Part shown: positions 53,559 to 61,153 of the stretch, piece by piece
How positions within the stretch are numbered: the stretch's first letter is position 1
Layout: each line of letters begins with the position of its first letter
DNA from: an uncultured Acidobacteriota bacterium
GTDB taxonomy: Bacteria > Acidobacteriota > UBA6911
Direction of reading: 5' to 3'
Length of the DNA: 64,000 bases
NCBI GenBank assembly: GCA_963843575.1
Contig: CAWJKZ010000010.1
Span: forward strand, 544,001-608,000
Program-made: the position numbers and the translations under genes
The notes under the pieces: model-generated
What the model was told of the DNA's origin: nothing
Databases searched by the model: none
Seen by the model: the letters and a program-made list of their open reading frames with translations, nothing else

Positions 53559-53961
53559 TATCCTCCTCCGCCGCGACCCGGTCCGCCAGGTCGGACACTT
53601 CCTCTGCCAGGACGTTTGCGAGCTTATGCCCGGCCTCGTTCAACTCGGCGATCCCGGCCGGTTTCAGGTGCCGGTTCCTTCGATAGACGTCGAGCACCTG
53701 CAGGGCGCGCGCCACGGTCCCGCCCGACTCGGCGACGACCTTGGCGGCGCAGGCAAGCTTGCACCCGTCTATGGTTATCGCCGGAGACGTGTTAATCGCG
53801 TCGCGCACCGCTTCGTCCCCAAGAACCACGAGCGCAAGCGGCACAAGCCGGGTGCTGCCGGGACGGAGGTCTTCGGTAACGATGTGCGCGCTTTCGCGCG
53901 CCACGGTCCCGTAGGTCTTGCCGATGCCGCTGCAGGGCACGATCAGGGTCTTGTGTGTCAT
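53551..53961 (-). CDS. DGC-domain putative zinc-binding protein
   Basis: VPCSGIGK, IDGCKLACA. ATG overlaps the gcvH-like stop. Confidence 0.87.
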   Translation of the reverse strand: MTHKTLIVPCSGIGKTYGTVARESAHIVTEDLRPGSTRLVPLALVVLGDEAVRDAINTSPAITIDGCKLACAAKVVAESGGTVARALQVLDVYRRNRHLKPAGIAELNEAGHKLANVLAEEVSDLADRVAAEEDNA

Positions 53962-54395
53962 TTCTTCAACTCCGCCTCGGCCTGCCGCTTTACCAGTTCG
54001 AGGTAGTCCTGGGGATCGAGCAACCCCTGCCTGTTGAACTCCCCGTCGCTCAACTCGAGAACCACCATCCAACCCTTTCCATACGGGTCCTGGTTGATGA
54101 CCTCCGGGCTATCCTCGAGCAGCGGATTGACCTCGGCAATCTTTCCCGGGACCGGTGTCGGCAGCCCGACGTTCACCTTGACGGTTTCGATGCTCCCGAA
54201 CTCGTCTCCGATATTGACCGCGGTGCCGGCGGGATAGACGTTGGCGAAGGCGATGTCGCCGTTCACCTGTTGGGCGAAATCGGAGAGGCCCAGACGCGCG
54301 CGCGCGCCTTCCACGGCCACCCAGATGCCCGCATCGCTGAACAGGAGTGTCTCGGGAACCCTGAATTTGAATTTGTCAACGGTGACTTCCAGCAT
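53958..54395 (-). CDS. GcvH-like lipoyl-carrier protein
   Basis: LGLSDFAQQ..GDI, GSIETVK (lipoyl-Lys), PVPGKIAEVN, PEVINQDPYGKGW. Confidence 0.93.
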   Translation of the reverse strand: MLEVTVDKFKFRVPETLLFSDAGIWVAVEGARARLGLSDFAQQVNGDIAFANVYPAGTAVNIGDEFGSIETVKVNVGLPTPVPGKIAEVNPLLEDSPEVINQDPYGKGWMVVLELSDGEFNRQGLLDPQDYLELVKRQAEAELKK

Positions 54396-54439
54396 GCTTG
54401 CAGCCTTTCGTCGTCAACCGGCCCGAGTTTCAGGCGGGA

Positions 54440-54841
54440 TTACCTTGAAGTTGCGCATCGTCGGGAAGAGCAGCAGCAGGATCCCGCCGTTTCCAGCCGG
54501 CAGGTTCCGGCGGCAACGGCCTCGCGGAAACGCGCGACGTCGGCCCGCATTAGCTCATCCTGCGGGCAGCAACGGTCCAGGAGTTCATAGAGCGCCTCGA
54601 GATAGGGACTGTCTGTCGCGGAAGCGAGCGCATAAACCATCCGCGTCCCTCTCCGTTCATCCGTGACCAATCCGCCATGTCTCAATGCGGCCAGGTGTCG
54701 TGAAACGCTTGGTTGCGGGATCCGGAGTACGGTTTGGAGATCGCACACGCAGATTCCACCGAGGCGAAGCAGATTTAGGAGACGCAGGCGCGTAGGATCC
54801 GCGGCGGCTTTCAGCATCTCGTCCAATCGACCTGATCGCAT
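54440..54841 (-). CDS. arsR: ArsR/SmtB repressor
   Basis: KAAADPTRLRLL, ICVCDL, SVSRHLAALR, Cys-rich tail. Confidence 0.92.
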   Translation of the reverse strand: MRSGRLDEMLKAAADPTRLRLLNLLRLGGICVCDLQTVLRIPQPSVSRHLAALRHGGLVTDERRGTRMVYALASATDSPYLEALYELLDRCCPQDELMRADVARFREAVAAGTCRLETAGSCCCSSRRCATSR

Positions 54842-54904
54842 GGTTGTTCCTCCTCCATTTGCCTAGCAGGATATTCAAATGTACAGCTGATAGGTGGATT
54901 GGCG

Positions 54905-54955
54905 CAACAGCTATCTATCGCAATTATTCGTATATACAGATACAACATTAATGAT
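54905..54955. promoter_or_regulatory. AT-rich imperfect palindrome, candidate ArsR operator/promoter
   Basis: TATCTATCGCAATTATTCGTATATACAGATA, about 70 nt upstream of the arsR start. Confidence 0.5.
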
Positions 54956-55089
54956 GGAAAAAGAGCCGGTCCCTGGTCGGAAACCCTTCCCTCATGATGG
55001 GAGGCGGTCCGGCCTTGATGTATGCGGCGCAAGCGCAGGATGCGATTAAACAATTCCAGCCCCAGCCCGCCTACCGCTTACCCCACCTC

Positions 55090-55118
55090 TTGACTGCAAC
55101 CGTCAAACCGGTTATAAG
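55090..55118 (+). promoter_or_regulatory. Sigma70-type promoter of arsR2-acr3
   Basis: TTGACT-17 nt-TATAAG. Confidence 0.65.
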
Positions 55119-55142
55119 AATGTCGTCCCATGAGGTAACACA

Positions 55143-55544
55143 GTGAAGGATACGGCCGAATTCTTTGGGGTTCTCGCCGACGAGGCCCGGCTCAAGATGC
55201 TCTGGCTCCTGTTCAATCACCGCGAGCTCTGCGTCTGCGATTTCATGGAAGTGCTTGGCATCACCCAGTCGAAGGCTTCCCGGCACCTCAGGATCCTGTA
55301 TCGGGCAGGCCTCGTCACCGACCGGCGCGATGGGTTGTGGGTCTACTATGCGCTTCGTCCACTGGAGCCGGGATTGGAAAAGGCCCTGCTGGCCGAGTTG
55401 TGCGAGCACCTGGCCGACCGGCCCGCAGCCGTGCAGCTGCTCGCAAAATTGTCGGCTTGGCGTGGCCGCGACGGGGCGGAGCTGCATCGCACCCGAAGAC
55501 CGGCGTGTGGCCCCGAGTCGGGCGAGCGCGTGCTGCCCGACTGA
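55143..55544 (+). CDS. arsR: ArsR/SmtB repressor
   Basis: LADEARL, ELCVCD, SKASRHLRIL, RRDGLWVYY. Confidence 0.93.
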   Translation: MKDTAEFFGVLADEARLKMLWLLFNHRELCVCDFMEVLGITQSKASRHLRILYRAGLVTDRRDGLWVYYALRPLEPGLEKALLAELCEHLADRPAAVQLLAKLSAWRGRDGAELHRTRRPACGPESGERVLPD

Positions 55545-55556
55545 ATTGTCCGGGCG

Positions 55557-55657
55557 GTGAGGGTCTGCGAGAACTGCTGGTGTTTCTGTATAACGAATGT
55601 TGTTCAAGAAAAGGCGAGAACGTTTTTCGAGTCGGAAAACCGACGGCGTGCTGCTGA
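55557..55657 (+). pseudogene. C-terminal remnant of a different ArsR (vicinal CC type)
   Basis: EGLRELLVFLYNECCSRK...TACC*, with no start codon of its own. Confidence 0.6.
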
Positions 55658-55690
55658 ATCTGCGTCCAGGTCAGTGGGAGAGCACTTGAT

Positions 55691-56777
55691 ATGAGTCGAG
55701 CAACTGTTGAGGTCGCAGCGAAGCGGCTGAGTGTCTTCGAAAGATACCTGAGCCTGTGGGTCGGAGCCTGCATGATTGTCGGCGTCATCCTCGGCAAGCT
55801 CGTGCCGGCTTCTATCGACAGTTTGAGACGGATGGAATTCGGCAGCGGCAGCCAGATCAACATTCCGATCGCCGTCCTGATCTGGCTGATGATCATACCC
55901 ATGATGATGAAGGTCGACTTTGCTTCGATCCGCAATGTCGGGAAGCGGCCGCGGGGGCTGTTGGTGACCCTGTTCGTCAACTGGCTGGTGAAGCCATTTT
56001 CCATGGCGCTGATCGCGTGGGTCTTTTTCCGATTGGTCTTTTCCCTCTGGATTTCGCCGGCAGAGGCGGATCAGTACATTGCCGGCTGCATTATTCTGGC
56101 CGCCGCACCCTGCACCGCGATGGTGTTCGTCTGGAGCTACCTCACGGACGGGGATCCCGCCTACACGCTGGTGCAGGTTTCGGTGAACGACCTGATCATG
56201 CTGGTCCTGTTCGCGCCGATCGTGCGGTTCCTGGTGAGCGGCGCCTCGTCACTCGAAGTGCCGTTCCGCGTCCTTCTCTATGCTGTGGCGATCTTCATCG
56301 TCGATCCCCCTGACCGTCGGCGTGATTCTGCGGGGCTGGTTCATCCACAGAAAGGGATCGGAATGGTTTGAGCAGACGCTGCTGCCGCGCTTTGCGCCGG
56401 TCAGCATGACGGCGCTGCTGGCGACTCTTGTGTTGATTTTCGCGTTCCAGGCCGACAACATCACGCAGAAATACCTGCATGTCCTGCTTATCGCGGTGCC
56501 GATTCTCATCCAGGTCTACTTCAATTCGTCGCTGACCTACGGCCTGATGCGGCTGTTCAAGGTTCCCTACTCGGTTGCCGCCCCGGGCGCGCTCATCGGC
56601 GCGAGCAACTTCTTCGAGCTGGCGGTAGCCACCGCCATCGCCCTTTTCGGACCCGGCTCGGGAGCGGCTCTGGCCACAGTCGTCGGCGTCCTCATCGAAG
56701 TGCCCGTGATGCTGTCGGTCTGCTCGGTCTGCAACCGCACGCGCCACTGGTTCAGGGTTGTGCCGGCCGAAAGTTAA
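55691..56777 (+). CDS. acr3: ACR3-family arsenite efflux transporter (frameshift at about 56303)
   Basis: FERYLSLWV, LIWLMIIPMMMKVDF, NWLVKPF, APCTAMVFVWS, GASNFFELAVA, GVLIEVPVML. Confidence 0.96.
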
Positions 56778-56897
56778 CCAGCGGCTGGCGGCGCACATCA
56801 GTGTCTGCTCGGAGAAGCGATGAAAAGCCTCGAAGGGGCTCGGCCATCCAGATCCCTGCGGTGCCAGATGGTCGGGCCCAAACGGGCGCCCGGATCG

Positions 56898-57035
56898 TGC
56901 CCAGCAGCAAGGAGCGATCAACATGGTCTCGATTTCGCGGGCGGTTTCCTCATCGGTCTGAGGAGCCGCAAACACCGTGAGACAGAAGGTGATGATCAGC
57001 GATACTGCTTTATGGCGTGCGTTGTTGTCCCCATT
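56898..57035 (-). pseudogene. N-terminal fragment of a CcmH/NrfF-like protein
   Basis: Signal-like segment then AREIETMLIAPCCW; truncated afterwards. Confidence 0.55.
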
Positions 57036-57053
57036 CAGAACTACCCTGATCCC

Positions 57054-57400
57054 TTACTCGGCGCGCAGAGTAGATACGGGACTCGCCAGTGATGCCTTCC
57101 GGCCGGTTATCGTCCCAACAACCAGACCGATTGCGGCGGAACTGGCCACCGCAAGCACAATCGTTTCGGATGCCAATATCGCCTGCCAGCCGGCGAAATG
57201 GGGCACGACAAGCGTTGCGACGATCCCGACGAGCACGCCGACAACGCCACCCGAAAGACCCAGCATCACGGCCTCGACCAGGAACTGGAACAGAATGTCC
57301 CCGCGTCAGGCGCCAAGCGCGCGACGCAGGCCGATCTCTCCCACTCTCTCCCGTACGGACATCAGCATGACGGCCAGGCCAACTCCTCCCACCGCTAGAG
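57054..57400 (-). pseudogene. C-terminal fragment of a MacB-like ABC permease
   Basis: VGGVGLAVMLMSVRERVGEIGLRRALGA...ASPVSTLRAE; no 5' part. Confidence 0.8.
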
Positions 57401-57455
57401 AAACCAATGCCACCCCGACTGTCGGCGATGTGAACAGGTGCCGAACGGGTGCGTG

Positions 57456-57484
57456 TTGACAGTAAAATGGCGGAGCCTTAGAAT
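57456..57484 (+). promoter_or_regulatory. Near-consensus sigma70 promoter
   Basis: TTGACA-17 nt-TAGAAT. Confidence 0.7.
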
Positions 57485-57890
57485 GCACCTCAGTAGGACG
57501 CATGTTGCCATTCCGCATGCGCCGGGTCCTGGAGGATGCTCCTTCAGGAGGAATCCGCGGTTGGTCGGGCCGCCATCCGGAGAATCATAGAGTGCCCTAA
57601 GGGGTCGGTTGCACCATCTGAATACCGGCGCCGGGCAGATGCTCGAAAATGGTTTCTTCGGTTGGCTCGCCAGGCGGGTTCGCGGCGCGGTGCGATGTAA
57701 CGGGATATCCATTTTGCTTCGCTCCTCTCCACCCCTACCTCATATCCCCTGAACGCTGCAGAGCGATCCCTCGCAGCTACTCTGCACCTCGAAACCCAGC
57801 AGCCGATCCTCCATTGCTATCAGAAAAACTGCCCAGGCACATCCCCTCCTCCCGTTTACGCGGTCGGAGTGCAACGGAAAAGAGGTCGTC

Positions 57891-57986
57891 ATGCCATTGG
57901 ACAAAATCGTAGTGTTCGCTCTGGCGATCTTATTCTTTGGAGGCATGATCTATCTGGCCGTGAAGAGCCGTTCGAAAACCAATTGA
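57891..57986 (+). CDS. 31-aa single-TM peptide
   Basis: AGAGG RBS; MPLDKIVVFALAILFFGGMIYLAVKSRSKTN*. Confidence 0.6.
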   Translation: MPLDKIVVFALAILFFGGMIYLAVKSRSKTN

Positions 57987-58175
57987 CTGCAATCTGAGAG
58001 CGGCGCTTCACGCGACAAAGCAGCCTGCGTGGAGCGGGTGATGGGCATTGCATGTTACCCCATGGGTAGCCTTCTCTGTCCCTATGGGCAGATCACGCAA
58101 TTAACACTCAACTCCGGCTTGCCAGATTGCGTCCCGATTGCCGCATCTTTCCCACGGGAATCGTAAGATCGATCT

Positions 58176-58225
58176 GGCGATGGAGTTCGCCATAACCGGC
58201 CGCCCAAGCGCCTGATAACTCCTAC
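58176..58225 (+). ncRNA. Fluoride riboswitch (crcB motif) aptamer
   Basis: GGCGATGGAGTTCGCCATAACC...CTGATAACTCCTAC, with the GGCGA/TCGCC stem and the GGAGT/ACTCC pseudoknot. Confidence 0.92.
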
Positions 58226-58270
58226 TCCGAGGCAGACGGCGGGTAGGAACTTAGTGCGAAGGATTTTGAG

Positions 58271-58312
58271 AGACCCCGCCCGACGTAAACCTAGGGTGGG
58301 GTTTTTGTTTTT
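58271..58312 (+). terminator. Intrinsic terminator (riboswitch expression platform)
   Basis: AGACCCCGCCC...GGGTGGGGTTT stem followed by TTGTTTTT. Confidence 0.8.
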
Positions 58313-58513
58313 GCGCGGGGAGGACGGCGAATGCAGGAAGCTGCACCCATAACGGCTCGAGCCGGAAGAACAGCATCGAACATCGCACTGCCCGGTAGAC
58401 CGGATTGAAGCGATCGAAACAAGGTACGAGATTTCCGCTGTCCGGCCTCATCTGGACGTCTGCAAAGCGATTCATCAGAGGGACGCCATAGATGTCGGTG
58501 TCTTCGGGCGCTT

Positions 58514-58675
58514 CCCGCTCCGGAAGAGGCTATTCAGTGGATTCGCAAGGCGGGAGCGATCGGCGTTTGCGGGAACCACGACTTCGCCATGGCCACCGGC
58601 GCCGACTGCCGTAGTTCGCCGGTCTCCTATGCCCTCTCGGTCGCTACGCGCGAGCATTTCAGGCCTCTGCTCATC
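58514..58675 (+). pseudogene. Metallophosphoesterase internal fragment
   Basis: PAPEEAIQWIRKAGAIGVCGNHDFAMATGADCRSS...LSVATRE (GNHD motif). Confidence 0.65.
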
Positions 58676-58765
58676 TTGGAGTGCCCGGTGAAGCCCACAA
58701 CCAGGAGATCGAAGTCCCCCTCCCGGGCGAATTCGACGATGGCCTTTACCTCGTGTGCCGGAGGG
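58676..58765 (-). pseudogene. Universal stress protein fragment
   Basis: HEVKAIVEFAREGDFDLLVVGFTGHS. Confidence 0.7.
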
Positions 58766-58816
58766 CGCTCCCGGTTTTTGTGCCATGCGGGCCGACTCCG
58801 GGAGTATATTGGAAGC

Positions 58817-59057
58817 ATGACAGTCGATAATATCCAAAGCGACGCGGCGGGCTCGTGATCAGCAATCCCGAAGTGCTGGGGGGAAAGCCGGTATTGATCG
58901 CGGAACCAGGCTGCCGGTTTCCACCCTCTTCGAATACCTGGCGGACGGATTGTCCATCGATTACTTCCTCGAGAGTTTTCCCTCGGTTACCCGGGAACAG
59001 GCCGTTGGCGTGCTTCTATATGGCCAGCGCCGCATCGAGGAAGAACTCGCCGCATGA
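58817..59057 (+). CDS. DUF433 antitoxin (frameshifted)
   Basis: SNPEVLGGKP/GTRLPVSTLFEYLADGLSIDYFLESFPSVTREQA. Confidence 0.85.
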
Positions 59058-59385
59058 AGATACTGCTTGATGATGTCCCGATCAGGTGCGCAACGCCTTG
59101 CCGGGGCATGAGGTCCACTCCGCGACCGATCCGCAATGGCGCGGCCTGAGCAACGGCGAGTTGCTGCGACTTGCTGAAGAGCAGGGTTTCGACCTGTTCA
59201 TCGTCGCGGACAAAAACATGCGTTACCAGCAGGATCTGTCCAGCCGGCGGATAGCCGTTCTGGAACTCGGACCAACCACCGGCCCACTGCGCAAACTCCG
59301 AGCACATCAGAGTCGAGTCGAACGGATCGCTCCCGGTGCATACCTCGAGTTGACGGCGCCGTCTTCATCTCCACGCAGTAGATAA
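59054..59385 (+). CDS. DUF5615 PIN-like toxin (frameshifted)
   Basis: MKILLD/GHEVHS, WRGLSNGELL, FDLFIVADKNMRYQQ. ATGA overlap with the antitoxin. Confidence 0.85.
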
Positions 59386-59478
59386 CTCATTAGGGCAGAA
59401 GAGCCGGGCGCTGCGACGTCACCGGAAGAAGCGCCAACATCGTACCGGCAAGCTCCCGCGCCACTGACTCGACCCGGC

Positions 59479-61110
59479 CTAGTAGGATGTGACTTGTCCT
59501 TTTCGCCTCTTTGCGCCGCCCGTCGGCCCCACCGAGACAACGAACATGGATCCTGATCGGCTCAGCACCCCGACCTGGAAACCATATGTGCCGTTTGTGT
59601 AGGTTTGGCCGGGACTGAATTGCGCATTGGACAGCGCATATCCCTGACCCGTGGTGCAGCTATAGTCACCGGGGGTCGAATCGATCGGCACGGCCCAACC
59701 CGACTGGCTATTGAAAAAGCACGTCCCTCCGATAGGTGCCCTGTTGCCCAGGAAATCGTGAATGATGACGCCTTCGTTCGGAATCCCGTTGTCATATTGC
59801 GAAATGGAACCCAATCCACTCACCCGGGCCTCCACCGTAAAGTAATGTGCCGATCCGCCGGTGCAGGGCAGCCCCGTGAGGCATATTTTCAGAATCTTCG
59901 GCGCCGAGCTCAACGGGAGAGAGTCGGCTTCAAGGGCGACAGTGACCGACGAACTTGAATCGGTGGTCACTTCGTTCACGTTCGGTATCCAGCCCAGGTA
60001 ATCCTTGTGGGGGGCGATGAAGCCGTCTCCAGGCTCCGTGCAGTACACATCGCGAAAGCCGCTGCTGTTTGCCGAGTAGTAACTAGCACACTTGGCATAC
60101 GCGGCCGAGGCCCTCGAGCTCATCATGTCCCAGGGGCTGTCGTAAGCGTAGTAGACCCAGCCGGAGTGCGGCAAACCGATGCTGTGCCCCATTTCGTGGA
60201 CGTAGACACCGGTTTCCTGTCCCCACGGGGGTTCCCAGGTGGCTCCGTACACCCTGGCGTCAACGGGGCTGTAATACCCGCCCCCCCAGGCGCAGCAGTC
60301 CAGGTCATTGCTCAGGACAAAGTTGATGCTGTCGTAATTGGTGAAGTTGATCCCCTCTGCCCTTCCAACGGCAGTCCCGTCATCACCAATGGCGCCCACA
60401 TCGGCACAGGCGGTGGACCAGCCGCACGGGGCGTAGTGGCTCTTCGGGTGCGGCAGCGTCAGCCACCCGCCGGGGGCTCCGACTCCGCCGGCCCCGCCTA
60501 CGTCGCCCAGCCAGGAGAATTGGTTCCACGACGTTTTCTTGAAGAAGGCATTGATTGTCGCGGGAAACGCCTCGCCGGGGGGTGGGGTGTCGGGGTTGGT
60601 CAGGCCGGTATAGAAGGTTGGCGGATGGGGTACGTCGGCATCGTCCGAGAATTTGAGCAGGAGGAAAATGACTTTCCTGATTCCGGAAACGCCGGCAGCC
60701 AGGGGCTCGCCCCGCTCAGCCGGGCTCGGGGCGATGGACTCGATGATCATCGCCTGCGGACCTGAAGCCGGCGCGGCCGATCCCTGGTCCTGCACCATCC
60801 GCCCGGAGACAACCACGCGCTTGGAGAAGTAATAGGCGGCGAGGCCTTCCTGGCCCGCGAGCTGAAGGGGAACCCTCGTCCCGTCCGACAATGCCAGATT
60901 GTAGATCGCTTTGGCGCCGGAACCGAGTGTCGGGTGTGGGTCGCCCCAGATCACATTCAAGGTCCCTTCCAGTGTGGTGACCGCCTGCTGAACAGGTGCA
61001 GGGGCCTGGGCCACGGCCGGCCATGCGATGAGAAGCAGAACAACAAGGGATGTCGCGGTCGATCCGATACCGGTTCTCATTTCTGTTCCTGTTTCTGTTC
61101 CATTCCGCAC
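59479..61110 (-). CDS. Secreted zinc metalloprotease (M6/M11-like)
   Basis: Signal peptide, HEMGHSIGLPH, SPWDMMS Met-turn, HKDYLGW. Confidence 0.88.
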   Translation of the reverse strand: MRNGTETGTEMRTGIGSTATSLVVLLLIAWPAVAQAPAPVQQAVTTLEGTLNVIWGDPHPTLGSGAKAIYNLALSDGTRVPLQLAGQEGLAAYYFSKRVVVSGRMVQDQGSAAPASGPQAMIIESIAPSPAERGEPLAAGVSGIRKVIFLLLKFSDDADVPHPPTFYTGLTNPDTPPPGEAFPATINAFFKKTSWNQFSWLGDVGGAGGVGAPGGWLTLPHPKSHYAPCGWSTACADVGAIGDDGTAVGRAEGINFTNYDSINFVLSNDLDCCAWGGGYYSPVDARVYGATWEPPWGQETGVYVHEMGHSIGLPHSGWVYYAYDSPWDMMSSRASAAYAKCASYYSANSSGFRDVYCTEPGDGFIAPHKDYLGWIPNVNEVTTDSSSSVTVALEADSLPLSSAPKILKICLTGLPCTGGSAHYFTVEARVSGLGSISQYDNGIPNEGVIIHDFLGNRAPIGGTCFFNSQSGWAVPIDSTPGDYSCTTGQGYALSNAQFSPGQTYTNGTYGFQVGVLSRSGSMFVVSVGPTGGAKRRKGQVTSY

Positions 61111-61153
61111 GAGAGTGTCTGATCAGTGCACCGCATCCTTCATGGGCGCGGGC

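Noticed and set aside
53958-54395. gcvH as part of a glycine cleavage system
   Set aside because: No gcvT, gcvP or lpd nearby; the gene is embedded in an ArsR-led operon.
49744-54841. Selenocysteine recoding in the Trx, DGC or ArsF redox motifs
   Set aside because: The motif positions translate as Cys; the ORF breaks are frame changes, not in-frame TGA codons.
48400-59400. Integrative element or prophage carrying the arsenic region
   Set aside because: No integrase, transposase, tRNA or att-like direct repeat found; only lower GC, gene debris and a TA pair.
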